Counted from the stretch's first letter, positions 31,951 to 41,798 are shown. The stretch is 64,000 bases of DNA from an uncultured Candidatus Saccharibacteria bacterium (GCA_964567555.1 CAZMNA010000003.1:18882-82881), one strand, 5' to 3'. Notes: generated by a model not told the origin, from the sequence alone. Numbers and translations: made by a program.

Positions 31951-32703
31951 ATGAAAAATTCCGACATTTATATACTTTGGTGGCGTCAAATGAAGCGCTA
32001 TTTGCGCACCCGCTCGCGAATTATTGGGGCTATTGGTCAGCCGATTTTGTTCTTACTGGCACTGGGCTACGGCATCGGCTCGGTTTACAAAAAAGCCGGG
32101 CAGGGCAACTATATACACTTTTTGGTCCCTGGCGTTATTACCCAAACGATTTTATTCTCTGGCGTTTTTTGGGGCATTCAAATTTTGTTCGATAAACGCT
32201 TTGGCTTCTTGAAAGAGATGCTTGTGGCTCCAGTGTCGCGGCTCAGGATTTTGGTGGGAAACGCGCTCGGTGGCACAACCATCGCTTTGATGCAGGGCAT
32301 TTTTGTGTTCTTAATATCTCTAATTTTTGGCTTCCGTCCATATAGTTGGCCTCTACTGACGGTGAGTTTTGGTATCATGGCGGCCATGAGCCTAGCACTG
32401 ACGAGTTTTGGTGCCGGCATTGCCTCCATGGTAGAAGACTTCCAGGGCTTTCAGGCCATAAATAACTTTTTAATTTTCCCGCTATTTTTCTTATCCAGTG
32501 CACTCTATCCACTAACGAGCGCACCGACCGTACTTCGGATTTTGACTGAAATTAACCCCTTAACTTACATCGTTGATGGCCTGCGTTACACAATGATCCA
32601 CCAATCCCATTTTGGTTTGGGCAAGGACTTGATTGTTCTAGCAGCGACCCTAGTGGTTTGTGTTGGCTTTGCGGTCAATCGATTCGAACACCTCGAAGCC
32701 TGA
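31951..32703 (+). CDS. ABC-2 permease (DrrB-like)
   Basis: Multi-TM; LKEMLVAPVSR, NPLTYIVDGLR. Confidence 0.9.
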   Translation: MKNSDIYILWWRQMKRYLRTRSRIIGAIGQPILFLLALGYGIGSVYKKAGQGNYIHFLVPGVITQTILFSGVFWGIQILFDKRFGFLKEMLVAPVSRLRILVGNALGGTTIALMQGIFVFLISLIFGFRPYSWPLLTVSFGIMAAMSLALTSFGAGIASMVEDFQGFQAINNFLIFPLFFLSSALYPLTSAPTVLRILTEINPLTYIVDGLRYTMIHQSHFGLGKDLIVLAATLVVCVGFAVNRFEHLEA

Positions 32704-32709
32704 AAAGGA

Positions 32710-32883
32710 TTAATGGCCGTAGGTGCCGTCGCCATAGCCGTGGTCGATTCTTTTATAGTCACCCTCGCTCAGTAGGCCCATGATCGAAGACAGGCCAAAA
32801 AGCGAGATTACTCCAATCCCCAGCGTTGCTAAAAATTGCTTACGAGTTACCTCTTTGTTTAAAAGCTGATTGAGCCTTGACAC
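32710..32883 (-). CDS. 57-aa micro-protein with Tat-like signal and GYGxGxYG tail (not in ORF track)
   Basis: GTG after GAGGA; MSRLNQLLNKEVTRKQFLATLGIGVISLFGLSSIMGLLSEGDYKRIDHGYGDGTYGH; own TTGACA-17-TAAGCT promoter. Confidence 0.75.
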   Translation of the reverse strand: MSRLNQLLNKEVTRKQFLATLGIGVISLFGLSSIMGLLSEGDYKRIDHGYGDGTYGH

Positions 32884-32990
32884 TTTTTCCTCGGTTTTTT
32901 TGTTTCTCTATCTATTAACGAGCTTATGCTATTTTGCAACCTCTGTCAACATACCTAAAGCCGCCTACATCTTCGTAGCTAAGGCTAGGT

Positions 32991-33635
32991 CTAATTTGCG
33001 ATGGCAGTGTAAAGCACCTGGGTAGAATAGGTGCCACTGGCAACGCTGGTATCGGCGCAAGCACCATACCAAACCGTTGTAGCCACCGCCGGATCCGCCG
33101 CCCCGGAAGTGCTGGCGATGGTGTCGGCAGTCACGTTACTAGCTTTAACGCTAGAAAAAGTTATTGAACCGCGGGCAACATTATCTTGAGTTGTCGTCGG
33201 TCCAGCGCCGAAGCCGCCCAAACCGTCCACGCGGAATCCCCAGCTGTTACCTGACAGCGTAGTTGGGCTGCTGACCGTGCCGCTAGTGGTGGATATGCTT
33301 GATGCACCGTTGACAAGCGACGTGTTAGTACTATTATCCGCCACAGTTAGGGTATAGCCGTCGGTGTCATCAGTTAGCACTGAGGGGCTATCGCTGTGGA
33401 TGGTGCATTTTCCGCTGGTTGTTGGCGTAATGTCCAGGTTCAGGCTACCGTTGCTGGAAAGTGTAATGTCACACTGAACCCCGTACTTGCATGATCCATA
33501 AGTACCGCTGCCGTATGTCCCGGTCGCGTAGTAAGCCAAAACCGCTCCGCTGCCAAGGAATAGACCTAGACAACTCAGCAGGATAGCCAAGATAGCCAGC
33601 CATCCTTTTGAGATTAATTTGAAGAAAGATTTCAT
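32991..33635 (-). CDS. secreted WxL/pilin-like protein with N-terminal GxYG repeats
   Basis: Signal peptide; GTYGSGTYGSCKYG; C-terminal SGTYSTQVLYTA. Confidence 0.7.
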   Translation of the reverse strand: MKSFFKLISKGWLAILAILLSCLGLFLGSGAVLAYYATGTYGSGTYGSCKYGVQCDITLSSNGSLNLDITPTTSGKCTIHSDSPSVLTDDTDGYTLTVADNSTNTSLVNGASSISTTSGTVSSPTTLSGNSWGFRVDGLGGFGAGPTTTQDNVARGSITFSSVKASNVTADTIASTSGAADPAVATTVWYGACADTSVASGTYSTQVLYTAIAN

Positions 33636-34561
33636 CCCTTCTTTGGCTCCTTAGCCCTCCGTTTGGATAGGTATCTTGGGCGGATTACAACTAAGAAGAC
33701 AAGTACAATCAGCATCAATGCTAGCGTTATTAGTCTGACGGCAGAAGACATAACCAGAACCCATTTGGTAGGCATGGTCTTTTCTTGGCCTAGGAACTTC
33801 ACGGTACCGGTTACCTTAAAAAGCCCAATGCTAGGGGATTTATTCCAAGGCAGGGTAATCCGGCGAATGGTCTGCGGCAGTAGTTCCTTATCTGTGTTTA
33901 AAGTGTATTTTGGGTGACCAAAGATGTCCTTGATAACATAGGTAATTTGAGTAGGAAAGTGAATGCTACCGTTGTCTTGAATACGCAAGGCTGAAGTTAG
34001 CGGTGGTTTTTGCAGGATGCCCGAGCTCCAGCTGAGTAAACTGCCCTTTTTTACGACCGGCCCAGCTACCTGTATGTAGAAAAGTTCACCGACTCGTTCG
34101 TTTAGTGTGACGCCGTTAGTCTTGGCGGCAATCTGAGTTTCGGCAAAAGCCGCTGCGTAGTACCCTCCCGGTAGCGTGTTCTGGGGCACAGATATGGTGT
34201 AGTTTATTGTGACGGATTGTCCTGGCTTAATGTATCCGCCCGGCACCGAAAAGTTCAACCAACTGCCGGCATCGGGTGCAGTTGGCAAAAATGTAAATTC
34301 TGGAGTGTAATCCTCGCCGCTTACCCTGTAAGGAGTTGGATAAGCCAAAAATTTGTAACTGCTACTGCCCTGATCAAGCACCTGAAACGAGCCTTTATAG
34401 GTACCGCCCGGGTCTATCACTGGGCTGACTGAAGTTGGGGTTATGGTGATAACCTGCGGAATGGCATGTGCTACCGCTGGCGCTAAGCCAAAAGCCGACA
34501 AAAATATCAAAAAAGTCGTGAATTGCTTTTTGTAGGTTCGCGAAATTGTCATGCCAAACAT
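33632..34561 (-). CDS. DUF916-like (WxL-interacting / chaperone-like) membrane-anchored protein
   Basis: YTISVP..TLPGGYYAA; signal peptide; C-terminal TM plus basic tail. Confidence 0.7.
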   Translation of the reverse strand: MFGMTISRTYKKQFTTFLIFLSAFGLAPAVAHAIPQVITITPTSVSPVIDPGGTYKGSFQVLDQGSSSYKFLAYPTPYRVSGEDYTPEFTFLPTAPDAGSWLNFSVPGGYIKPGQSVTINYTISVPQNTLPGGYYAAAFAETQIAAKTNGVTLNERVGELFYIQVAGPVVKKGSLLSWSSGILQKPPLTSALRIQDNGSIHFPTQITYVIKDIFGHPKYTLNTDKELLPQTIRRITLPWNKSPSIGLFKVTGTVKFLGQEKTMPTKWVLVMSSAVRLITLALMLIVLVFLVVIRPRYLSKRRAKEPKKG

Positions 34562-34562
34562 T

Positions 34563-35174
34563 CTAATTTGTGGTTGCAGTGTAGGTTACGCTATCGGTGT
34601 AAGTTCCAGAAGGCTGAGTGGAGTCAACAGCTGCGGCGTACCAAACGGTAGTTGTATCACTTGAAGCTGTGCCGGAGGTAGACTTTAGCGTGTTGGCTGA
34701 GCCAGAAGCTGGCATGCCGGCAAATTTTAGCGTACCGCTGACTGCCGCGCTACTGGCACCAGCGTAACCGCTGCCGTTGAAGCCGCCTAAACTTTGGACG
34801 GCATAGCCCCATGTGTTAGCTGCCATCACTACTGGAGTTGTTTGCGTCCCGGAAGAGGCGGCAATACTATTGCCGCCAGACACCAAGGTTGTGGTGGCAT
34901 CGCCATCCTGCAAAGTCAGGGCATAGCCGGATGAATCGTTTGTGCTAACTGTAACGGTATCGCTAGCGATGGTCTGTTTTGTTGAGCCGGCAGCTGGAGT
35001 AATGTTAAGATTAACCGTTCCACTAGTAGTAAAAAGACTAATAATTGGGCTGATAACTGAGCTTATTGTGGTAGAAGCCGTATCTGCAGATACGATAGCC
35101 GTAGTCCCGACCATAACTCCCACGCTGAGCAGGGTAACAATACCTACGCGTATGTATTTCAAATCTTCCCTCAT
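34563..35174 (-). CDS. secreted WxL/pilin-like protein
   Basis: Signal ending VSA; VSTNDSSGYALTL; SGTYTDSVTYTATTN. Confidence 0.75.
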   Translation of the reverse strand: MREDLKYIRVGIVTLLSVGVMVGTTAIVSADTASTTISSVISPIISLFTTSGTVNLNITPAAGSTKQTIASDTVTVSTNDSSGYALTLQDGDATTTLVSGGNSIAASSGTQTTPVVMAANTWGYAVQSLGGFNGSGYAGASSAAVSGTLKFAGMPASGSANTLKSTSGTASSDTTTVWYAAAVDSTQPSGTYTDSVTYTATTN

Positions 35175-35253
35175 TATTAATCATTACGATTATGATATCA
35201 ACACAATATAAAACGGTACGTGCCGCGCTGGAAACCATAGAGCTTTGACGAGT

Positions 35254-35877
35254 CTAATTTGTCGTTGCGGTGTAAGTTACGCTGTCGGTGTAGGTTCCAG
35301 TGGCTTGAGTAGTATCGACAGCCACAGCGTACCAAACGGTTGTTGTATCACTTGAGGCGACGCCGGCGGTAGTCTTAAGCGTGTTGGGCGAAGCTGAAGA
35401 CGGTACGCCGGCAAACTTTAGAGTGCCACTAACGGCCGCGCTACTGGCTGACCCGTAACCGCTTGCGTTAAAACCACCAACTCCAGCCACAGCATAACCC
35501 CAAGTGTTGGTAGCTTCTGGGGTAGTCGGAGAACTCTGCGTCCCTGCCGAAGCCGCAATGTTATTGCCGCCGGAAACCAGGTTGGTATTGGTGTCGCCGT
35601 CTGCCAGAGTTAGTGCATAGCCAGATGCATCGTTAGTACTAACTGTAACCGTATCACTAGCGATGGTCTGTTTTGTTGAGCCAGCAGCTGGAGTCACGTT
35701 AACATTAACCGTGCCGCTGGTAGTAAATAGGCTAATAATCGGGGAGACTACCGAACTTATCGTCGTATTGGCCGTATCGGCACTCACAACAGCCGTCGAT
35801 AACATAAAGGCCGATGCGATTCCGCCGGCAATCGCCACAAGCCTTACTCTTTTGAAGAGATTTTTATTTTGTTTCAT
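35254..35877 (-). CDS. secreted WxL/pilin-like protein (tandem paralog)
   Basis: Mature domain nearly colinear with 34563-35174. Confidence 0.75.
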   Translation of the reverse strand: MKQNKNLFKRVRLVAIAGGIASAFMLSTAVVSADTANTTISSVVSPIISLFTTSGTVNVNVTPAAGSTKQTIASDTVTVSTNDASGYALTLADGDTNTNLVSGGNNIAASAGTQSSPTTPEATNTWGYAVAGVGGFNASGYGSASSAAVSGTLKFAGVPSSASPNTLKTTAGVASSDTTTVWYAVAVDTTQATGTYTDSVTYTATTN

Positions 35878-36013
35878 ATACGAGTTAACAGTATCACCTC
35901 AAAAGTACCAGTTAGTATCCTGCTTGTCAACATAATCCTTATGCTATAATTTGCTATTATATTAGTGTCTAGCCAAGGGGCCGGGCGTTTTGGAAAACTA
36001 AAAGGAGCATTTA

Positions 36014-36751
36014 ATGTCATCGAGCCTACCTACCCCTGGTGGTTCCGCCAATACTTGGGGCACTCAGCTCAACGATTATCTTCAGCAGTCACTAGGACCT
36101 GATGGTAAGCTAGTCACTGACGCCACTAATCCTTATACATCTTCGGCCAATACAAATTTGGCCAGTGGTTCTCAGCCCGGCTTAGTCCAACTAGCCGGCG
36201 ACTTAGGCAATACTGCCGCCTCTCCTCAAGTTACATCTACGCACCTCTCATCCCCATTACCACCAGCGCAGGGTGGCACTGGGGTTGCCAACTCTAAAAA
36301 CCTAACTGTCAGCAATTCCCTAACTCTCGCTGGCACAGATTCTACGACCATGAACTTCCCTACAACCACTGCGACCATCGCCAGAACTGATGCAGCCCAA
36401 ACCTTCACCGGGAAGCAAACTGGAACAATCTTTATTGAAACCCCAGAAACTGTATCTGTATCTTCTAACGCTGGCACTTGTTCGGTTTCATACGAGATAA
36501 GTAACTTCACCAACTCATCTGCCGCCAACATGACGATTACACTCGCCACATCAAGCGCAGTTGATGGTCAAAAAAAGATCGTAAGAGTTTACTATTTCTC
36601 GGCAGTTGCTAAGACTATAAGCTGGGTGAATAATGAGGATTCCTCTGTGACTACTCCAACGACCTCTAATGGCTCAACCACACTGCCCATTACCGTAGCG
36701 TTTATGTACAATTCGGCTACTAGCAAGTGGCGCTGTGTAGGGTTCGCTTAG
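36014..36751 (+). CDS. tail-fibre-like protein without signal peptide
   Basis: LPTPGG..WGTQLNDYL N-terminus; ASGSQPGLVQL and LPPAQGGTG fibre-type motifs. Confidence 0.6.
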   Translation: MSSSLPTPGGSANTWGTQLNDYLQQSLGPDGKLVTDATNPYTSSANTNLASGSQPGLVQLAGDLGNTAASPQVTSTHLSSPLPPAQGGTGVANSKNLTVSNSLTLAGTDSTTMNFPTTTATIARTDAAQTFTGKQTGTIFIETPETVSVSSNAGTCSVSYEISNFTNSSAANMTITLATSSAVDGQKKIVRVYYFSAVAKTISWVNNEDSSVTTPTTSNGSTTLPITVAFMYNSATSKWRCVGFA

Positions 36752-37894
36752 ATGGCTGTTTGGCCTAGTGGTAACGGTGTACAAAACCAGACCGCAGGGA
36801 TAGGCTACACTTGGGTAGCCCCGGCTGGTGTTACTAAATTAACTGTTGAGCTATGGGGTTCGGGCGCTGGTGGTGACGGCGGATTACTCGCTAATGTTAA
36901 TGGGGGTTGGGGCGGTGGCGGTGGCGAGTATCGTAGCTCTGTAATTACAAATATAGTACCTGGTCATACTTATACGATAACTGTTGGTGCTAAAGGTACG
37001 GCTGGTGGTGCTTCCGGTGGAAGTGGTGGTCAAGGTAACGACAGTACATTCTCAGACCCGACACCGACAATTCTAGTTGCAGCCAAAGCCGGCAACAACT
37101 CTGCGAACAGTAGCACAGGCGGTACGGGCGGAACTGGCACAACTGGTTTTCACGGCGGTAATGGATTTCAAACTGCCGTTAATGCCGGTGGTGGTGGTGG
37201 TGGCTCGGGTGGGACTGGTGCCGTTGGACATAACGCCACAAGTGCTACGGGTGCAACTGCTGTTACTGGAGGTGGTAATGGTGGTACTGGTGGGACTGGT
37301 GCTGTTGGGGCCGCTCCTACTACGCCCCCGGGTGGTGGTGGCGGTGGTGGTGCTGCGTCGGGCAACAAGGCAGGTGGAGCTGGCGCTGCTGGGGCAGGCA
37401 CACTAACTTGGCCAACTGTTTTTACTGTAACTTTTAACGCAAACAGTGGCTCAGGCTCAATGAGCGCCGAACAAAACAACCAAGCCGCCGCCCTAACTTC
37501 TAACGCGTATACAAGAACTGGGTACACCTTTGCTAACTGGAACACGGTGGCTGGTGGAGGGGGTACAACTTATGCTAACGGTGCAAGCTATGCGTTTACT
37601 GCCAGCACCACACTTTATGCCCAGTGGACTATCAATTCTTACGATGTAATATTCAACAACAATGGTGGTACAGGTTCAATGTCGAACGAAACTAAGAACT
37701 ACAACACTACGAACGCTCTTACAACCAATACCTTTACAAGAACTGGATATACCTTTACAGGCTGGAATACCGTCGCCGATGGGTCAGGCACAGCTTACGC
37801 AGATGGCGCTAACTTTACTTGGCCTGCCTCTAACACTACCCTCTATGCTCAATGGCTTGTGGCAAATACAACGGGCATATTGGCTGTCATGTAA
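36752..37894 (+). CDS. glycine-rich protein with two Listeria-Bacteroides (Flg_new) repeats
   Basis: VELWGSGAGG Gly-rich domain; two copies of F..N.G.GSM..RTGYTF..WNT....LYAQW. Confidence 0.8.
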   Translation: MAVWPSGNGVQNQTAGIGYTWVAPAGVTKLTVELWGSGAGGDGGLLANVNGGWGGGGGEYRSSVITNIVPGHTYTITVGAKGTAGGASGGSGGQGNDSTFSDPTPTILVAAKAGNNSANSSTGGTGGTGTTGFHGGNGFQTAVNAGGGGGGSGGTGAVGHNATSATGATAVTGGGNGGTGGTGAVGAAPTTPPGGGGGGGAASGNKAGGAGAAGAGTLTWPTVFTVTFNANSGSGSMSAEQNNQAAALTSNAYTRTGYTFANWNTVAGGGGTTYANGASYAFTASTTLYAQWTINSYDVIFNNNGGTGSMSNETKNYNTTNALTTNTFTRTGYTFTGWNTVADGSGTAYADGANFTWPASNTTLYAQWLVANTTGILAVM

Positions 37895-38280
37895 AAACCT
37901 CCCAATCGGACTACCCGGCTGATTATTGATGGCTCGGCTTGGTAAATAGTACCTGTTCGCGCAGTATCTAATCCGGCTAAGATTGTGTCGTACTGCTGGC
38001 GGATATCTGGGCTGATCGCTATCGGCGGACTGCTAAAGCTTCTTTTATAAACTGTTGGAGTTACATTTGCAGTAGAGTTACTGATAATCTTAACAATCTT
38101 ATTTTGGTCGTTAATTAAAACCAGCCGGACAGGCTGGATGCTCACTGAAACTTCAGTGCTTCCACCCCCATTAAATTGTGTCGCAGGGGCAGGGGATAAG
38201 GCTGCAGCGTCGGCACCAAACAAAGAAAAGGCCAAACAAAGCCCAACTACAGCAAATACTTTTCCGTACGACCTCCCCAT
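37849..38280 (-). CDS. hypothetical secreted protein
   Basis: Signal peptide ending AAA. Confidence 0.6.
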   Translation of the reverse strand: MGRSYGKVFAVVGLCLAFSLFGADAAALSPAPATQFNGGGSTEVSVSIQPVRLVLINDQNKIVKIISNSTANVTPTVYKRSFSSPPIAISPDIRQQYDTILAGLDTARTGTIYQAEPSIISRVVRLGGFYMTANMPVVFATSH

Positions 38281-38386
38281 TGCAAATAGAATTGTGAACT
38301 AACATTTACAAACTGTAAATATTATTTCAAAGCATAAGCACTATACTTTTGTTTGACTTGATTGTCTTGATGAACCGAAACCTAGC

Positions 38387-39316
38387 TTAAGTCGCTGGTT
38401 GGTGACGGGTCGGTGGCCGGATGTCAATAATCAGACGTTCGGGTGTGACGGGCTTGGGTAGTCTTTCGACCTTTAGCTTCCGCAAATCAATAGTCGGTAT
38501 TTCTAGCATTTTGGCTTGTACCGGCTGGACTGGGACGGCCCCTATCGCTATTTCCGGCTGGCGTAACCTACGGTTATGCAAAGCAATCAGCACGATGCTG
38601 ACGTTGTACAACAGGATAATCGGCCCGGCGATTATTAACTGACTAAGAACGTTGGGTGTAGGCACCATTATCATCGAGACGATAAAGGCCAGCAAAATTA
38701 CATAGCGCTCTTTTTTTAGTAGGCCTGCGGGCCCAAGCGGCCGGATACGATTGATAAATAACAGGATAATCGGCAACTGGAACATCAGCATCGCTCCCAG
38801 CAGATAGACAGTCAAGAACGACAGGTACTCTTGAATGGTCAGCAAGGCGTGAACTTGGTTATTAGTAAATTGATGCGTTAGAAAGTGTAGTGCCGCCGGC
38901 AGGCCTAAAAAGTAGCCAAAGCCAAAGCCGACTGCCGCCAGCAGCGCCGAAAAGAAGCTATAACGCAAGATAATATGCCTAGTCTGTTTTTGCAGCAGCG
39001 GCTCCAAAAATGCCAGCAACTGATAAATGATGATTGGCGTGCTAGCGGCGATGCCAACGTATATACAGACCGAAAACAGGAAGTTGATACCTCCGATAGG
39101 TGAGGTGTAGATGAATTGCTGCCCATGAGACGGTTTAAGCAAAAACCTGACAATGCTTTGCTGCACCGTGTAGGCCAAAGTCGAGAATATTAGAATCGAG
39201 GCGACGCAGTAGACCAGCCGCTTGCGCAGCTCATACAAGTGCTGAATAAAAGGTTTTGGAACTTCGGCTGGCTTAGAGCTCTGATTTTTCGTTTGCGTTG
39301 GGTAGTTTTTTTTCAT
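38387..39316 (-). CDS. tatC: twin-arginine translocase TatC
   Basis: PFIQHLYELRKRL, YQLLAFLEP, FQLP; multi-TM. Confidence 0.92.
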   Translation of the reverse strand: MKKNYPTQTKNQSSKPAEVPKPFIQHLYELRKRLVYCVASILIFSTLAYTVQQSIVRFLLKPSHGQQFIYTSPIGGINFLFSVCIYVGIAASTPIIIYQLLAFLEPLLQKQTRHIILRYSFFSALLAAVGFGFGYFLGLPAALHFLTHQFTNNQVHALLTIQEYLSFLTVYLLGAMLMFQLPIILLFINRIRPLGPAGLLKKERYVILLAFIVSMIMVPTPNVLSQLIIAGPIILLYNVSIVLIALHNRRLRQPEIAIGAVPVQPVQAKMLEIPTIDLRKLKVERLPKPVTPERLIIDIRPPTRHQPAT

Positions 39317-39491
39317 CGGGCTTGCTTTCTGTTTTTTCGTCACTGATGCCTTTGCGAAGTTCACGGATAGCGTCAGCCATACTGCGGCTAAGTTTAGGCA
39401 GATTCTTACTGCCAAAAAGAAGCAAAACAATTGCCAAAATTATAATAAGTTCAGGCGTACCTAAGTCTAAAAACCCGAAATTACTGATCAT
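39273..39491 (-). CDS. tatA: twin-arginine translocase TatA
   Basis: LGTPELIIILAIVLLLFGSKNLP. Confidence 0.93.
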   Translation of the reverse strand: MISNFGFLDLGTPELIIILAIVLLLFGSKNLPKLSRSMADAIRELRKGISDEKTESKPDEKKLPNANEKSEL

Positions 39492-39595
39492 AAAAGCCCT
39501 CGCTTATGGTTACGTGTCAATCATAACAGCAACTTGAATAATATTCTAGTCGGCCTTTACGGGGTCGTGGACGCTATAAGGTATACTTAAGCTTA

Positions 39596-40501
39596 ATGGC
39601 AGAGGCAGCGGCGATAAAAATAAGCGGCCTTTCAAAAAGATACGCCGGACGTAGCGTATTGGCGCTTAGTGACCTTACGCTTAGCGTCAAACCGGGCGAG
39701 GTTTACGGTTTTTTGGGCCCCAACGGCGCCGGCAAATCCACGACTATTCGCTTGCTACTTAATTTCATCCAGCCTACTGCCGGCTCGGCCCAGATTTTGG
39801 GCCAAGACATTGTGGCAGGTTCCACTCTCATAAAAAAATCTGTCGGCTACCTTGCCGGCGATGTTTCTCTCTACCCAAAAATGACCGGCCACGAGTTCCT
39901 AAAGTATATGGCCGAGCTCCAGCCGCCCCAAAATAAGAGCTACGCGCCCGAGCTAGCCGGCCGCTTTGAGGCCGACCTTAAACCGCGCCTGCGCGATTTG
40001 TCTAAGGGCAACCGCCAAAAAATCGGCATCATCCAAGCCTTCATGCACCAGCCGGACATTTTGATTTTGGACGAGCCGACCGCTGGCCTTGATCCGCTAA
40101 AGCAGGAGGAGTTTTTTAAACTCATCGCCGAAACCAAAGCCCGCGGCGGCAGTGTCTTTTTTTCCAGTCACAACATCGCCGAGGTCCAGCGGATCTGCGA
40201 CCGCGTTGGTTTTATCCGCGAAGGTAAGCTGATTGCCGAGCAAGTGGTAGCTGATGTCGCGGCCGCGGCCGCTCGGACCTTTGATATTAATTTTGTAGAC
40301 GATGCGCCAAGGGCCGAACTAAAAGCCGTGCCCGGCGTAAAGCTGGAAGCCGGCACCGGCAAAGCCGCTACCATCCATATGAAGGGCGACCTATCGCCGC
40401 TGTTTAGAGTGCTGGCCAGGCACAACGTTAGCTCAATTAACCAGCGTGAAGTCGACCTCGAACACGAGTTTCTGCGCTTTTACAAAGGGGACGGCAAATG
40501 A
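39596..40501 (+). CDS. ABC transporter ATPase
   Basis: GPNGAGKS, LSKGNRQK, LDEPT. Confidence 0.92.
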   Translation: MAEAAAIKISGLSKRYAGRSVLALSDLTLSVKPGEVYGFLGPNGAGKSTTIRLLLNFIQPTAGSAQILGQDIVAGSTLIKKSVGYLAGDVSLYPKMTGHEFLKYMAELQPPQNKSYAPELAGRFEADLKPRLRDLSKGNRQKIGIIQAFMHQPDILILDEPTAGLDPLKQEEFFKLIAETKARGGSVFFSSHNIAEVQRICDRVGFIREGKLIAEQVVADVAAAAARTFDINFVDDAPRAELKAVPGVKLEAGTGKAATIHMKGDLSPLFRVLARHNVSSINQREVDLEHEFLRFYKGDGK

Positions 40502-41304
40502 TTCCGCTGATAAAATGGGAATTTAAACAGCGCCGGCTGTCCTCCATATTCTGGGCGCTCGGTACTAGTTTTTACGTACTGCTCGTGGACTCAGTCTTTA
40601 AAAGTTTTGTTAACAGCCAAACGGTAAACTTTGCCCGCACTGTTCAAAACCTGCCGTCTACCGTCAAATCTTTCATTTCCGTAACAGATAGTTTTAACAC
40701 TCCCGCCGGCTTCCTAAGTTCAGAACCCTACTACGTGGTGCTGCCGATAATTTTTATCGTCATGGCGATAAGCCTTGGAGGCTCGTTACTAGCCAGCGAA
40801 GAGTCTTCCGGAACACTGGAGCTTATCTTGTCGCGGCCCGTCAGTCGCGGCCGGCTGCTGGCGGGCAAGGCCCTTAGCGGGCTAGGCCTGCTACTAGCCG
40901 TCGATATAGCCGCGGCGGCGGCCATGACCCTCTTCACCACTTTGTTCCGTATACATATCGCCATCAAACTTATATGGGAAATGCACCTAATGTTATTGTT
41001 GCTAGCTTTAGTCTTTGGCTCTTTGGCTTTTGCCATCACGGCGGTGGGGCGGGCGGGCCGCTCGGCCGCGCTCGGCATTACCATGCTACTGGCGATTGGC
41101 GGCTACGTACTAACCTCGCTAGAGGGCGCCATTCATTGGCTTGTTTGGCCGGCTAAACTCCTGCCTTATCACTACTACCAGCCCAGCCAAATTCTAAATG
41201 GCACGTTCACGGTCTGGCCGGCTATATGCTTTAGCGTCATCACTATTGCGCTAATAATTCTGGCGTTCATTAGCTTCCGCCGCCGGGACCTCGCCGGCAG
41301 TTAA
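40498..41304 (+). CDS. ABC-2 type permease
   Basis: EESSGTLELILSRPVSR; ends FRRRDL. Confidence 0.88.
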   Translation: MIPLIKWEFKQRRLSSIFWALGTSFYVLLVDSVFKSFVNSQTVNFARTVQNLPSTVKSFISVTDSFNTPAGFLSSEPYYVVLPIIFIVMAISLGGSLLASEESSGTLELILSRPVSRGRLLAGKALSGLGLLLAVDIAAAAAMTLFTTLFRIHIAIKLIWEMHLMLLLLALVFGSLAFAITAVGRAGRSAALGITMLLAIGGYVLTSLEGAIHWLVWPAKLLPYHYYQPSQILNGTFTVWPAICFSVITIALIILAFISFRRRDLAGS

Positions 41305-41678
41305 GCCGCTTCAGATTTGGATTCTTCAAACGCTTTGTCTATAAGCTCGCCGCGTCTTTGCCAGCCAATCAAATCCTGGCCCGCAGATTGTCCGTCAACA
41401 TATTCCACGTCCAAAAGCTTTATCATGGAGCGCACAAACCCCTCATCTACGGGATCGGCGATGCCTAGGCCGGTAAGGTCGTACCTCATCCGCGCACGTG
41501 CTGAGTCCAGCTTGCGGACTTCGTCGCTGTGGTGGGGTTCAGACCCATCGCCTTCGGCAATCGCCTGTCTAAAAGGCGCTTGCATCTCAGCGATTATTTC
41601 GTCAACCCTGCGTAAGTTATATACTAGCGGGCTTTCTATCTCACCGTGCTTTGGCATACTGTTTGGGCCGTAACTCAT
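41301..41678 (-). CDS. hypothetical protein
   Basis: ORF with -10-like element close upstream. Confidence 0.55.
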   Translation of the reverse strand: MSYGPNSMPKHGEIESPLVYNLRRVDEIIAEMQAPFRQAIAEGDGSEPHHSDEVRKLDSARARMRYDLTGLGIADPVDEGFVRSMIKLLDVEYVDGQSAGQDLIGWQRRGELIDKAFEESKSEAA

Positions 41679-41798
41679 AAAATATATAATCTACCAAAGT
41701 CTAAAAAATACAAGCCCCGGACCTATAGTTTCATGAGAAAGTGAATCCACTATGCGGTAGCTAAGCTTATGCTTGCATTTTGTATCTGTTAATTCATA

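Noticed and set aside
36014-37894. Prophage
   Set aside because: No structural, packaging or integration genes nearby
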